From Synechococcus sp. (GTDB taxonomy: Bacteria; Cyanobacteriota; Cyanobacteriia; PCC-6307; Cyanobiaceae), in assembly GCA_047285805.1 (NCBI GenBank), contig JBJBCN010000003.1, positions 608,001 through 672,000 of the forward strand: a stretch of 64,000 bases of DNA, given 5' to 3'. The translations under genes and the position numbers were made by a program. The notes beneath the pieces are model-generated. The model made no database searches, was not told the origin of the DNA, and saw only the letters and a list, made by a program, of their open reading frames with translations. Every line of letters starts with the position of its first letter. Position 1 is the stretch's first letter. This document shows, in pieces, positions 1 through 10,192 of the stretch.

Positions 1-1492
1 CACTCGCTGGAATCCCTTTGCGATGCAGTTCACCTACTTGTGGGTTGGCTCCTTGTGAACCACCGATGGTGAGGTTGTAGCCCTCGCCCATGCCGCCGTC
101 GGGCTGTTTGGTTTTGGTCCCGGTGAGGCCGATGGCTCCCATGTAGGCCTGGCCGCAGGTGTTCGGGCAGCCGGTCCAGTGGATCTTGAGCTCCTCTGGC
201 AGAACCAATTCGCTATCGAGGACTTCAGCGGCTGCGAGGGCCTGATCTTTGGTGTTGGTAAGGGCGAAGCTGCAATAGGTGTTGCCGGTGCAGCTCACGG
301 TTCCAGCGGCAATGTGGCTGGGGCGGAGGCTGAAGCGCTGCATCAGCGGCTCGGCCTCAAAGGCCTGGAGCTTGGCGCTGGCGATGCCGGTGAAGATCAC
401 GTTCTGATCTTCCGTGAGCCGGACCGCACCATCGCCATGGCGCTCAGCAATGGCTGCGATGTCTTGGAAGTCCTCAGCGCGTAGGCGGCCGACAGGCACA
501 TGGACTCCGGCGTAGTGCAGGTCCTCTTGTTTTTGAGAATGAACGCCGTAGTGGGAGCGCGGTTCGGCGTTAAAGACTGAACCTGGATCTGGCGTGAGCG
601 GACCAAAGCGCTCTTCCACCATCGAACGGAAGCTCTCGAGCCCCACTTCATCGAGATACAAGCGGAAGCGGCCCTTGGGACGCTTGTCCCGTTCGCCATT
701 GTCGCGCCAGATCTTGATCACGGCCTCGGTGATGGCGCAGATCTGATCCGGCTTGACCCAGGCGTTCAAGGGGATGGCATAGGCATTCATCTGGGAGGAG
801 AGGATGCCGCCAATCCAGACGCCAAAACCCATTTCACCGTTGTGCTCAACGGGGTGGAAGGCGATGTCGTTGTGGAGAAGGAAGTTGTCGCGGGCGCCGG
901 CAACGGCCGTGTTCCATTTCCGCGGCAGGTTGGAGAACTCGGGGTTGCCCTGGTGGTTGCTGGTGAGGAAGTTCTCGAGTTCCTGGGTGTATGGCCGAGT
1001 GTCGACAATCTCCAGGGGGTCGATACCGGCGATCGGGTTGCCGGTGACGTTCCGAGGATTGTCGAAGGCCGACTGAATCGTGGTCAGGCCGACCGCTTTG
1101 AGTTGGCCCAAGATGTCCGGCAAGTCCTCGAGGAGGATGCCGCGCATCTGAATGTTTTGGCGAGTCGTGATGTCGGCGCTTCCGCTACTGCCGTAGCGGG
1201 CAACGACGTTGCCGACTACCCGCAACTGCTCTGCGGAGATCACGCCATTGGGGACCCGCAATCGCATCATGAATAGACCCGGGGTCTTGGGCCTCCAGAA
1301 CATGCCGTACCACTTCAGACGCAACTGAAGGTCGGTCTCGTCAACGTTTTCCCAACCCAGTTGGGCGAATTTCTCGATCTCACTGCCAACAAGCAGGCCG
1401 TCCTTGGCTGCTTTGTTCTGCTCGATCTTGTTGAGTTTCTTGCCTTCCAGCCAGCTGGGAAGTGCGTTGGAGGTCTCAGATGCGTTGGTCAT
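1..1492 (-). CDS. nirA: Ferredoxin-nitrite reductase, 3' end runs off the window (alternative in-frame ATG at 1510)
   Basis: Manual translation: MTNASE...KKLNKIEQNKAAKDGL...LQLRLKWYGMFWRPKTPG...MRLRVPNG; SCTGNTYCSF and HWTGCPNTCGQ siroheme/4Fe-4S cysteine motifs near the window start. Confidence 0.95.
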   Translation of the reverse strand, partial: MTNASETSNALPSWLEGKKLNKIEQNKAAKDGLLVGSEIEKFAQLGWENVDETDLQLRLKWYGMFWRPKTPGLFMMRLRVPNGVISAEQLRVVGNVVARYGSSGSADITTRQNIQMRGILLEDLPDILGQLKAVGLTTIQSAFDNPRNVTGNPIAGIDPLEIVDTRPYTQELENFLTSNHQGNPEFSNLPRKWNTAVAGARDNFLLHNDIAFHPVEHNGEMGFGVWIGGILSSQMNAYAIPLNAWVKPDQICAITEAVIKIWRDNGERDKRPKGRFRLYLDEVGLESFRSMVEERFGPLTPDPGSVFNAEPRSHYGVHSQKQEDLHYAGVHVPVGRLRAEDFQDIAAIAERHGDGAVRLTEDQNVIFTGIASAKLQAFEAEPLMQRFSLRPSHIAAGTVSCTGNTYCSFALTNTKDQALAAAEVLDSELVLPEELKIHWTGCPNTCGQAYMGAIGLTGTKTKQPDGGMGEGYNLTIGGSQGANPQVGELHRKGIPAS

Positions 1493-1606
1493 TGTTGGCG
1501 TCGCCACCATGGAAAATCGGTTCTTATGAGGTCAGCAACTGAGCCGTTTCCAAAGAAATGAACGACTAGTGGGGTGAATCAAATCACTCGCCCTGCCCAC
1601 TTCTGT

Positions 1607-1620
1607 GTCGTCGTTGCTAC
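1607..1620. promoter_or_regulatory. NtcA-like site (minus strand GTA-N8-GAC) upstream of nirA
   Basis: GTC-GTCGTTGC-TAC, one mismatch to GTA-N8-TAC, ~115 bp upstream of nirA. Confidence 0.55.
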
Positions 1621-1654
1621 GGATTGTGCTTGTTGGTTAGCAGTGGGGGAAAGC

Positions 1655-1668
1655 GTGTCAACGGATAC
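1655..1668. promoter_or_regulatory. Second NtcA-like site upstream of nirA
   Basis: GTG-TCAACGGA-TAC. Confidence 0.55.
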
Positions 1669-1721
1669 CTAGAGGTGCCACGTCTTCGGGGTTGATGGTG
1701 TCGATTTTCGTCCCTAGCCGT

Positions 1722-1958
1722 TCAGTATTGGCGTCCGATTTCGCCCAGCATCCGCGTCGCACCGTTGCGAATCATCTGCCAGACCTTTCCCATGGCGGCC
1801 AAGTCAGCATCCAGCTCACGCCTCCAGTCAGGGATGGACTGCATCGACCGGTAGCGGGGCCTGTCGTAGTCGTTTCGTCCATAGACAGGGCGCTCGTAAG
1901 CAGTTCGCTCATAAGCGGGGCGTCGACGGGAGCTGGGCAGGGAACGCGTGGATGGCAT
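1722..1958 (-). CDS. Small hypothetical protein with Y-x-R pentapeptide-like repeats
   Basis: 78-aa ATG ORF filling the gap between the nirA promoter and the cbiX-like gene; amphipathic C-terminus (WRRELDADLAAMGKVWQMIR). Confidence 0.65.
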   Translation of the reverse strand: MPSTRSLPSSRRRPAYERTAYERPVYGRNDYDRPRYRSMQSIPDWRRELDADLAAMGKVWQMIRNGATRMLGEIGRQY

Positions 1959-1967
1959 GGTGAACCT

Positions 1968-2618
1968 ATGAATCCTGTGGACGTGACTCCATCAGCAGGC
2001 ACAGGGCGCTCGCGGTGGCCGTTGCTACCGAAGTCCGTTGCCGGCGATCACTCCCCACTACTCCTGGTCGTCCATGGCCAATCCGGTGGTCAGGTCCCAG
2101 AGGTTCTGTTGGATCTAGTTTCCGATTTGGTCCGGGGCCGTCAGGCTCCCGTCTGGATGCAGGCCCTGACCGCGGATCCCCTGGACCTGCCCCACCAAGG
2201 CCTGCCGCTGGTGTTGGTTCCGCTGCTGTTGACTCCAGGCAGTCATGTTCGCTCGGATGTCCCGGCCATTCGTCAGCGCCTGCGTGACCAGGGTCATCGT
2301 GTTCAGGCCCTTCCTTTCTTGGGTGCTTGGGGGCCCTGGCTGGAGCATTTGCGCGGCTTGGCTGCCCCCGCGGTACTGCACCATCCACTTCGTCCAGGGG
2401 TGGCGGATCGCTATATCGCCGCCTTGAGCGCGTACGTGGGTGTGCCCTTCTTCAGTGCAGACCGCAGTGGTGAAGGCGATGCGGCGGCATTGCCCCTGGC
2501 CCTGGCCCCCAACCGGATGACGGCCCATCTGCAGGCCGAAGCGTCTCCCTGTTTGGCGCTGCTTGAGCGCCCCGCCACTCGTCAGTTTTTGCTCAACCTC
2601 CTCCTTGATCTGCCATGA
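1968..2618 (+). CDS. CbiX/SirB-like chelatase family protein (siroheme synthesis)
   Basis: LLVVHG, PLLLTPGSHVRSDVP and LPFLG motifs; overlaps the cobA start; ATG 1968 preferred to the ORF-track start. Confidence 0.75.
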   Translation: MNPVDVTPSAGTGRSRWPLLPKSVAGDHSPLLLVVHGQSGGQVPEVLLDLVSDLVRGRQAPVWMQALTADPLDLPHQGLPLVLVPLLLTPGSHVRSDVPAIRQRLRDQGHRVQALPFLGAWGPWLEHLRGLAAPAVLHHPLRPGVADRYIAALSAYVGVPFFSADRSGEGDAAALPLALAPNRMTAHLQAEASPCLALLERPATRQFLLNLLLDLP

Positions 2619-3418
2619 CCGCTGACGTTGCCGGCAAGGTGTATTTGGTGGGGGCGGGGCCAGGTGACCCCGACCTGCTGACCGTGAAGGCCCATCGCCT
2701 GCTGAGCCAGTGCGATGCCCTCGTGTACGACTCCCTTGTTCCTCGGGAGGTGTTGGCTTTGGTGCCGGAGGGCGCCGAGCAGCACTTTGTGGGAAAACGC
2801 CGGGGGCATCACTCCGTGCCCCAGCCCAGCACCAATGCGGTGCTGGTGGAGATGGCCAAGCGCCATCGCTGCGTTGTGCGCTTAAAGGGTGGCGATCCCT
2901 TCCTGTTTGGGCGAGGTGGTGAGGAGGCGGCCCATCTGGAGCGCCATGGTGTCGCGGTAGAGGTGGTGCCCGGTGTAACTGCTGGCATTGCAGCCCCGGC
3001 CTACGTGGGGATTCCCGTGACCCATCGCCGGGCGGGCAGTTCTGTCACCTTCGTGACGGGGCATGAGGAGATCGACAAGCGCCGGCCTGGCGTCGATTGG
3101 CGCGGCTTGGCCCGCAGCAGTGACGGCCTGGTGATTTACATGGGCCTCCACAACCTTCCGCACATTTGCGAGGAGTTGATTTCCGGTGGCTTGGAGATCT
3201 CCACCCCGGCGGCCGCGGTCCAACAGGGCACCGTTCGCGGCCAGAAGGCCGTGGTGTCAACCTTGGGGGGATTGGCCGATGCGGTTCAGGAGGCTGAGCT
3301 AACTTCTCCGTCAATTGTGGTGATTGGGGAGGTCGTCAGCCAGCGCATTGAGAGCTGCGCGCCTGAGCCAGCGATGGTGGAAATGCCGATCCCCCTCAAA
3401 AAAGGCTTAGCGTCTTAA
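2615..3418 (+). CDS. cobA: Uroporphyrinogen-III C-methyltransferase
   Basis: VYLVGAGPGDPDLLT, VRLKGGDPFLFGRGGEE, VPGVTAG. Confidence 0.95.
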   Translation: MTADVAGKVYLVGAGPGDPDLLTVKAHRLLSQCDALVYDSLVPREVLALVPEGAEQHFVGKRRGHHSVPQPSTNAVLVEMAKRHRCVVRLKGGDPFLFGRGGEEAAHLERHGVAVEVVPGVTAGIAAPAYVGIPVTHRRAGSSVTFVTGHEEIDKRRPGVDWRGLARSSDGLVIYMGLHNLPHICEELISGGLEISTPAAAVQQGTVRGQKAVVSTLGGLADAVQEAELTSPSIVVIGEVVSQRIESCAPEPAMVEMPIPLKKGLAS

Positions 3419-3734
3419 GCAGCAAGCCGTACTTTGGGAGCTGTGCTTGCTGGTCGTTCATCCATTGATCGTCCGTTGCTCTGAGGACCGCGTGGCTGCC
3501 GCGTCGTTCTCGGTTGTAGAGCAAATGAATGATCCGCTCCGGATCGATCTCTAGAGCCGCAATTTCATTCCAGAGACCCTGACTGGCAACGGCATCCCCT
3601 TGCTCGATTTGTGCCTCAGCTAAGCGCTGGGTCAAGTCGATGACCAAGGCTTGTTCTTTGAGAGCGGAAAAGCTCTTGCTCTGCACTCCAGCCTGCCCCG
3701 GTCGCTTCATCGACCTGCTGGAGAGGGCTGTCAT
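3396..3734 (-). CDS. Hypothetical protein
   Basis: 112-aa ORF with natural helical composition; start uncertain. Confidence 0.55.
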   Translation of the reverse strand: MTALSSRSMKRPGQAGVQSKSFSALKEQALVIDLTQRLAEAQIEQGDAVASQGLWNEIAALEIDPERIIHLLYNRERRGSHAVLRATDDQWMNDQQAQLPKYGLLLKTLSLF

Positions 3735-3785
3735 CCCAAGCGTCCGCGTCTTGGACGAACGCTAATCAGGCTTGCTCGAGTTGGC

Positions 3786-3989
3786 TCAAGGATCAGCCCG
3801 CCAGTTGGGCAGTCCGAGCGCATCCCGTTGGCTAAAGCGCTCGCAGACGGCGTAGGCCGCGGGGAGGTTGGCGACGCGCTCCCAGTTGCCGTCACTTTTG
3901 TTGTGGTTCACGACGTAGCCGCCACCCCCATCGCGGGCGATCCGGCAGCCGTCACCGGTGAGTCCGACGAGATGCAGATGGTCGCCCAT
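3786..3989 (-). CDS. Small hypothetical protein
   Basis: 67-aa ATG ORF downstream of an AT-rich, promoter-like stretch. Confidence 0.55.
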   Translation of the reverse strand: MGDHLHLVGLTGDGCRIARDGGGGYVVNHNKSDGNWERVANLPAAYAVCERFSQRDALGLPNWRADP

Positions 3990-4308
3990 GAATCCGACTG
4001 CTGATTGAAAGATTTTTAAGACCGGGTAATGGGACCGGATTCAGTGTTTGTTTCCCCACGCAATCAAACGTGAGCCTTGAGAAAACAATCGAAACAGCGT
4101 TTCACCTTTTCTTTGGGATCGCCCCTCGTTGCGTCTGCTTTATTTTTTGTAGGCCAATTTGCCTAGAGCGGAGGTTGTCGCGTGGGTGCCACCGATGATC
4201 CCGGGTCGCGCTCAGTGTCAGCAGATCGTCATTTGTTTGGGTGGGTTGAGGCCCCGCTTCCCACCCTGGTCAGCCCTGGCTAGAGCGAAATCAGTGAGCG
4301 TTGTTTCG

Positions 4309-4777
4309 ATGTCGGCTGTCCTGCGTGTTGGACTCACCGCCTTGATCAGCGGGAGTGCCCGGATGGCCTCCTCGCCAGCACTGGCCTCCTGCCAGTTTCT
4401 CACCCCCGTCGCTGGTCATGGCCAGAGCAACATCGTCACCAAGACCATCAACTTGGGTAGCCCCTTGCCCTTCAGTCGCCCGAATTGAACACGGACTTCT
4501 TCGTCAATCAGCCCTACAGCCACTACAAGCTGCTTTCACTGCGAATTCCTCGGTCAGTGCGATCTATCCGATCCAGGCCTACCTGAAATTCACCGATGGT
4601 TCCAAGCTTCGGGCGGTGAATGACTCCTGTGCCCCCAACGTCGGCACAGGGCGACAGTGGGATGTGCGGGCCGTTCCTGGCAAAACGGTAAACCAAGTGA
4701 ATTTCAAGATCGGCGCCAGCGGTTATCAATCCGCCACCGGATTCACCTATCGGATCTCTGTGCAGGGCTTCAATTAG
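4309..4777 (+). pseudogene. Secreted conserved hypothetical protein with two apparent 1-bp deletions
   Basis: Signal-like N-terminus ending RPN-stop (4486). Restoring one G (~4487) and one T (~4535) gives the continuous RPNWNTDFFVNQPYSHYKLLFTANSS...YRISVQG. Confidence 0.7.
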
Positions 4778-6486
4778 AGCAGGAAGTAGCGTTGAGCCAT
4801 GGGCAGCACCTCAGCGGGTTCACAGCTGAGCAGTTCTCCGTTGGCAAAGACCTCGTAGGTCTGCGGGTCGACCTCCACTCGGGGCAGGGCTGTGTTGTTT
4901 TTCATCGCCGCCTTGCCGATGCCTCCGCGGGTGTTCAGCACTGGAACGCAGAGGCGCTCGAGCCCTAGTTTTCGGGGTAGATCGCCATCGAGTGCTGCTT
5001 GGCTCACGAAGGTGAGGCAACTGGGGGCCAGTGCCTTGCCGAAGGCCGCGAACATAGGCCGTCCATGGACCGGTCCAGGTGTGGGGATCGAGGCGTTGGC
5101 GTCACCCATCTGGGCCCAGACGATCGAGCCCCCTTTGATGACGAGCTCCGGTTTCACGCCAAAGAAACCGGGTTTCCACAGGACCAGGTCCGCGAGCTTG
5201 CCGACCTCCACGGAACCGACCTGTTGATCCAAGCCATGGGCGATGGCGGGGTTGATCGTGGTCTTGGCGATGTAGCGCTTTAGGCGGGTGTTGTCGTTGC
5301 GGCTGCTGTCCTCTGGTAGGGCGCCCCGCTGCACCTTCATCTTGTGGGCGGTCTGGAAGGTGCGGATGATGACCTCGCCAACGCGGCCCATGGCCTGGGA
5401 GTCGCTGGCGATGATCGAGAAGGCGCCAATGTCGTGAAGGATGTCCTCGGCGGCGATCGTCTCGCGCCGGATACGTGACTCGGCGAAAGCCACATCCTCC
5501 GGGATCTTGGGATCCAGGTGGTGGCACACCATCAACATGTCGAGGTGTTCCTCGAGGGTGTTGCAGGTGTAGGGACGGGTGGGATTGGTACTGCTTGGCA
5601 GGACGTTGGCTTCACCGCAGATCTTGATGATGTCCGGGGCATGGCCGCCGCCCGCCCCTTCGGTGTGGAAGGTGTGGATGGTGCGGCCGCCGATGGCGCG
5701 AATCGTGTCTTCGACAAACCCCGCTTCGTTCAGCGTGTCGCTATGTATGCACACCTGCACATCCAAGCGATCGGCCACGCTTAAACAGCAATCGATGGCA
5801 GCCGGCGTAGTCCCCCAGTCCTCGTGAAGCTTGAGCCCGCACGCCCCGGCGTGGACCTGCTCTTCAATCGCCTCCGGGGTGGCGCCGTTGCCTTTGCCGA
5901 AGAACCCGAGGTTCACGGGTAGCCCCTCGGCGGCCTGCAGCATCCGGCCGATGTGAAAGGCCCCTGGAGTGCAGGTGGTGGCGTTGGTTCCCGTGGCAGG
6001 TCCCGTGCCGCCCCCCAGCAGCGTCGTCACCCCACTGGCGAGGGCCGTTGCGATCTGCTGGGGGCAGATGAAGTGAATGTGGGTGTCGATCGAGCCCGCC
6101 GTAAGGATGTGCCCCTCCCCGGCAATGGCTTCGGTGCCTGGGCCCACGACGATGTCGACCCCTGCTTGGGTGTCCGGGTTGCCCGCCTTGCCGATGCCGC
6201 AGATGTGGCCATCGCGGATGCCGATGTCGGCTTTGACGATCCCCCACCAATCAAGAATCAGGGCGTTGGTGATGACGGTGTCGACCGCTCCATCGGCGCG
6301 GGTGATCTGGGCTTGGCCCATGCCGTCGCGGATGACCTTGCCGCCGCCGAACTTCACCTCATCGCCGTAGACGGTCAGGTCCTGTTCCACCTCGAGGATC
6401 AGCTCGGTGTCCGCCAAACGCAGACGATCGCCGGTGGTGGGGCCGTAGGTCTCGGCGTACTGACGGCGTGAAATGCGGTAGGGCAT
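4774..6486 (-). CDS. ureC: Urease alpha subunit
   Basis: [40 protein letters not shown]. Confidence 0.99.
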   Translation of the reverse strand: MPYRISRRQYAETYGPTTGDRLRLADTELILEVEQDLTVYGDEVKFGGGKVIRDGMGQAQITRADGAVDTVITNALILDWWGIVKADIGIRDGHICGIGKAGNPDTQAGVDIVVGPGTEAIAGEGHILTAGSIDTHIHFICPQQIATALASGVTTLLGGGTGPATGTNATTCTPGAFHIGRMLQAAEGLPVNLGFFGKGNGATPEAIEEQVHAGACGLKLHEDWGTTPAAIDCCLSVADRLDVQVCIHSDTLNEAGFVEDTIRAIGGRTIHTFHTEGAGGGHAPDIIKICGEANVLPSSTNPTRPYTCNTLEEHLDMLMVCHHLDPKIPEDVAFAESRIRRETIAAEDILHDIGAFSIIASDSQAMGRVGEVIIRTFQTAHKMKVQRGALPEDSSRNDNTRLKRYIAKTTINPAIAHGLDQQVGSVEVGKLADLVLWKPGFFGVKPELVIKGGSIVWAQMGDANASIPTPGPVHGRPMFAAFGKALAPSCLTFVSQAALDGDLPRKLGLERLCVPVLNTRGGIGKAAMKNNTALPRVEVDPQTYEVFANGELLSCEPAEVLPMAQRYFLL

Positions 6487-6496
6487 GGAGTGTCAG

Positions 6497-6814
6497 TCAG
6501 TCGAGGGGGCCGTTGATCAGGCCGTTGAAGCCAAAGACGCGCCGCGCGCCGGCGTAGGGAACCAGTTGCACCTCGCGACTGTCACCCGGTTCGAAACGAA
6601 TCGCGGTGCCGGCAGGAATGTCGAGCCGCTTTCCCCGGGTGGCCTCGCGATCGAAGTGCAGGGCGGCGTTGGCTTCAAAGAAGTGGAAGTGGGAGCCCAC
6701 CTGCACGGGCCGATCTCCGGTGTTTGCCACCAGAACCGTGGTGATGGGGCGGCCGCTGTTGAGTTCCAGCTCGCCCGGTTCAGGAATTAGTTCCCCGGGA
6801 ATTAATCCAGCCAT
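6497..6814 (-). CDS. ureB: Urease beta subunit
   Basis: [34 protein letters not shown]. Confidence 0.99.
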   Translation of the reverse strand: MAGLIPGELIPEPGELELNSGRPITTVLVANTGDRPVQVGSHFHFFEANAALHFDREATRGKRLDIPAGTAIRFEPGDSREVQLVPYAGARRVFGFNGLINGPLD

Positions 6815-6820
6815 GGCCGA

Positions 6821-7123
6821 TCAGCGAATGGGGTCGTGCAGGGTTACGAGCTTGGTGCCGTCGGGAAACACCGCCTCGATCTGAACTTCGTGGACCAGTT
6901 CAGGAATCCCCTCCATGACCTGATCGCGGCTCAGCCAGGTGGTGCCCTCGGCCATCAGCTCAGCAACGGTTTTCCCGTCCCGTGCCCCTTCGAGCACCAG
7001 AAAACTCAGCCAGGCCACCGCTTCGGGATGGTTGAGCTTGAGGCCGCGGTTTAAGCGGCGTTCGGCCAGCAGGGCCGCGGTGACGATCAGGAGCTTGTCC
7101 TTCTCCTGAGGGGTCAGATGCAT
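6821..7123 (-). CDS. ureA: Urease gamma subunit
   Basis: [27 protein letters not shown]. Confidence 0.99.
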   Translation of the reverse strand: MHLTPQEKDKLLIVTAALLAERRLNRGLKLNHPEAVAWLSFLVLEGARDGKTVAELMAEGTTWLSRDQVMEGIPELVHEVQIEAVFPDGTKLVTLHDPIR

Positions 7124-7192
7124 GGTGAGGCGGGAGCCTAATCCACTTAATTAGTAGCCATCACTCTGGTTCTGGGCTGTGCTCTCCTCTGT

Positions 7193-8116
7193 TCAGATTG
7201 AACAGTCAGGCCTGGGGGTAAGCGGGCTCTCCTGGAAGGGCCAGACCCGGGGAATCTCTGGTGGGGCAAGCCCTTGGACCGCTCGAATCAGGGCCCAAAT
7301 CCGGCAGAACCAGAAGCGGGCGGCCTGGCTGGAGGGGCCGCGGTAGCGGGCCACAAGTCCCTGTTCGAGGGCGCCGCAGGCCATGGTTCCCTCCAGGCCT
7401 GCCCGTTGTTCGCGGCAGCTGTGGAGCAAGGCCTCGATCGCGGTTGAGCTCAGCGGTTCCCCGGCAATCCAGGCCAAGGAGCCGAAGACCGGTTGGTCCG
7501 CCATGCCGTGCTCACCCGTCAGTGCCGCTCCATGGAGCTCAAGGCGGTCCACCAATTCCCAGTGCTCGTCCTTGGCTCCGGTGCGGGTGACTTCCAGGGC
7601 GGAGCGCCAGCGGCCCTGCTCGAGGTCTTCGCCGGCTGCGGTGCGTCCGAGCCGCACAACCTCGGCCCCGAGAAAACTGGCGCCCGGTGCCAGTTGGACG
7701 CGGCAGGTCTGTTCAAACAGGCCATTGGCGTAGAGCACGAGCTCCTGCGGGAGCCACTCCAGCTGGCTGCCTTGCTGCAGGTTGAACGTCAGGGTTTGCC
7801 GTGACCAGGCCCCCTGGGGGTGTTGGCGGGAGCGTCCGATGCTGCCGTAGATCTTCTGGGCCGCGACGCTGGTGAGCAGGGCCTGGCTCTGGGGCCGGAG
7901 CTGGGCCGTGATCTGCAGTTCGTCCCCGCCCACGAGGCCCCCGGCGGTGTGCAAGATTGGAAGCTCGCAATGGCCACTGCTCTGCAGCTGTGCCCGCTGC
8001 AGCTTCAGCGGCGAGCTGGCCTGACCTTGATGGATGGTGCGTTGGCTATCCGCTGAGCCCCGCCGTTCGAACTGGAGGTCGAGACTCCCTCGCCAAGCGG
8101 ATTGCGGTTCAGCCAT
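7193..8116 (-). CDS. ureD: Urease accessory protein UreD
   Basis: LHTAGGLVGGD, TSVAAQKIY, LEWLPQE; ATG at 8116 chosen. Confidence 0.95.
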   Translation of the reverse strand: MAEPQSAWRGSLDLQFERRGSADSQRTIHQGQASSPLKLQRAQLQSSGHCELPILHTAGGLVGGDELQITAQLRPQSQALLTSVAAQKIYGSIGRSRQHPQGAWSRQTLTFNLQQGSQLEWLPQELVLYANGLFEQTCRVQLAPGASFLGAEVVRLGRTAAGEDLEQGRWRSALEVTRTGAKDEHWELVDRLELHGAALTGEHGMADQPVFGSLAWIAGEPLSSTAIEALLHSCREQRAGLEGTMACGALEQGLVARYRGPSSQAARFWFCRIWALIRAVQGLAPPEIPRVWPFQESPLTPRPDCSI

Positions 8117-8150
8117 GGCCGCATACTCCGGTCCCGTCGCGCCTGCTTTG

Positions 8151-8164
8151 GTAACAACCAGCAC
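8151..8164. promoter_or_regulatory. NtcA-like site between divergent ureD and ureE
   Basis: GTA-ACAACCAG-CAC in the short divergent intergenic region. Confidence 0.65.
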
Positions 8165-8194
8165 AAAGGCCAGGGGTGGTCTCTCGTCAGGGTG

Positions 8195-8695
8195 ATGCCC
8201 TTCGGATCCCATCAGGTGGAGCAGGGTTCAGCGATCGTCTTGGTGGAGCGTTACCCCGAGGGAGCGCTGCCCCAGTCAGGGGCCTACGCCTTGCAGTTGG
8301 CCCTGACGGCTGATGAGCGTACGAGCCTGCGGGGCCATCGCCGCAGTTGCTGTGGCCGTGATCTCGTGCTGCAGCTTCCCCGTGGCGCGGCTCTGCAGCC
8401 CGGGGATTGCCTGATCAGCGACGACGGTCACTGGCGGGTGCAGGTCGAGGCGGCGGCGGAGCCGGTGATGCAGGTCCTCAGCACTGACCCCTTGGCCCTG
8501 CTCCAGGCGGCTTATCACCTGGGGAATCGCCACGTGGCGATGGAGTTGCATCCCGACCGCCTGGTGCTCTTGCAGGACAGTGTCCTGGCGGAGCTCCTGC
8601 GTCAACGGCAGCTGCAGGTGGAGTGTCTCGATGCGCCCTTCCGGCCTGAGGCCGGTGCCTACGAGGGCGTTCCCCATGCCCACTCCCATGGCTGA
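8195..8695 (+). CDS. ureE: Urease accessory protein UreE
   Basis: AAYHLGNRH, F.PE.GAY, His-containing tail HAHSHG; start approximate. Confidence 0.95.
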   Translation: MPFGSHQVEQGSAIVLVERYPEGALPQSGAYALQLALTADERTSLRGHRRSCCGRDLVLQLPRGAALQPGDCLISDDGHWRVQVEAAAEPVMQVLSTDPLALLQAAYHLGNRHVAMELHPDRLVLLQDSVLAELLRQRQLQVECLDAPFRPEAGAYEGVPHAHSHG

Positions 8696-9362
8696 TCGGC
8701 TCCGGCTCTATCAATTGGTCAGCCCGGCGCTGCCGGTGGGGGCCTTCAGCTATTCCGAGGGCTTGGAGGTCTTGGTTCAGTCCGGTCAGCTCAGCTCCGA
8801 GCAGGCGATGGAGGATTGGCTTAGGGCGGAGCTGCTGCGTGGTGGCGTGGCCATGGAGGCCGCCGCGCTTGCGCCCTTGATGGCTCTGCTGCGCGCCTGG
8901 AGCGCTGGTGAGCCGGAGGCGGAGCAGCAGCTGCGCAGCCTGGGTCGTTGGTTGCTGGTGCAGCGCGAAGCGGTGGAGCTGCGAGCCCAGCAACGCCAGA
9001 TGGGACGGTCATTGGTCACGTTGCTCGCCGACCTCGGTTGGCCCCTGCCCCAAGTCGGGGTCCCGTTGGCCTGGCCAGCGGCCTACGCCTGGGCCTGCGT
9101 ATCCCTTGCGTTGGATTCGCCGGAGGTGGAGGAGGCCTACCTCTACTCCTGGGTTGCCAATCAGCTCAGTGCGGCGGTCCGTTTGGTTCCCTTCGGCCCG
9201 ACCCAAGCCCAACGCCTGCAACTCAAGCTCGCCCCGCTCTTGGCCCAGCGGGGGCAGGAGCTGGCGGCGCTGGACCCGCGGCAGCAGTGGAACGGCGCGG
9301 TTGGGGCGGGGATTGCCCAGTTGCGCCACGCGGAGCTTTACTCACGTCTCTTCCGCAGCTGA
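8688..9362 (+). CDS. ureF: Urease accessory protein UreF
   Basis: SPALPVGAFSYSEGLE, C-terminal YSRLFRS. Confidence 0.95.
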   Translation: MADRLRLYQLVSPALPVGAFSYSEGLEVLVQSGQLSSEQAMEDWLRAELLRGGVAMEAAALAPLMALLRAWSAGEPEAEQQLRSLGRWLLVQREAVELRAQQRQMGRSLVTLLADLGWPLPQVGVPLAWPAAYAWACVSLALDSPEVEEAYLYSWVANQLSAAVRLVPFGPTQAQRLQLKLAPLLAQRGQELAALDPRQQWNGAVGAGIAQLRHAELYSRLFRS

Positions 9363-9407
9363 GCAGATCACCATGCTCAACTTCAACGGTGCTAGGGGGC
9401 TAAGGCG

Positions 9408-10016
9408 ATGACGACCAGTCGTTTGCGGGTGGGTGTGGCCGGTCCGGTCGGCTCGGGGAAGACGGCTCTCGTGGAGGCGCTCTGCCGTCGCCTGCGTGAG
9501 CGACTGGAGTTGGCGGTGGTGACCAACGACATCTATACCCAGGAGGACGCCCAATTCCTGACCCGCGCAGGAGCGCTGGAGCCCGGGCGCATTCGCGGCG
9601 TCGAAACAGGAGGCTGTCCCCATACGGCCATTCGGGAAGACTGCTCGATTAACCGAGCTGCCGTCGCGGATCTCGAGGAGGCCTATCCGAATCTCGATCT
9701 GGTGCTGGTCGAGAGCGGTGGTGACAACTTGGCGGCCAGCTTCAGCCCGGAGCTGGTGGACCTCTGCATCTATGTCATTGATGTGGCGGCAGGAGACAAG
9801 ATTCCGCGCAAAGGCGGTCCTGGCATTACTCGATCCGACCTGCTGGTGATCAACAAGATCGATTTGGCTCCCATGGTGGGGGCCAGCCTTGAGGTGATGG
9901 AGCGCGACACTGAGCGGATGCGCCCGGGCCGAAGCTGGTGTTTCACCAACCTCCACAGCGGCGAGGGAGTCGAGAAGGTCGAGATCTTTCTGTTGCAACA
10001 GCTACCGAAGCGGTAA
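9408..10016 (+). CDS. ureG: Urease accessory GTPase UreG
   Basis: [31 protein letters not shown]. Confidence 0.99.
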   Translation: MTTSRLRVGVAGPVGSGKTALVEALCRRLRERLELAVVTNDIYTQEDAQFLTRAGALEPGRIRGVETGGCPHTAIREDCSINRAAVADLEEAYPNLDLVLVESGGDNLAASFSPELVDLCIYVIDVAAGDKIPRKGGPGITRSDLLVINKIDLAPMVGASLEVMERDTERMRPGRSWCFTNLHSGEGVEKVEIFLLQQLPKR

Positions 10017-10104
10017 TTTATTTGTCGCCGTTGATGCGGCGCGAAAACGCCAAATTCTCATTTGAATTCGCGCGATGCGGATAAGTCTCGCAATTGTCAG
10101 TCTT

Positions 10105-10143
10105 GTGCCTATTGATACCAATTGGCATGGTTCAGCTCGATAC
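10105..10143 (+). promoter_or_regulatory. Two tandem NtcA-like sites upstream of urtA
   Basis: GTG-CCTATTGA-TAC (10105-10118) and GTT-CAGCTCGA-TAC (10130-10143). Confidence 0.65.
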
Positions 10144-10192
10144 GTTCGAGCAACCGCTTAACGACGGCGGCGGCCTTCATTGATTCAAAGTT

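Noticed and set aside
1692..1967. N-terminal extension of the cbiX-like ORF
   Set aside because: It is antisense to the more plausible 1722-1958 gene; ATG 1968 is preferred.
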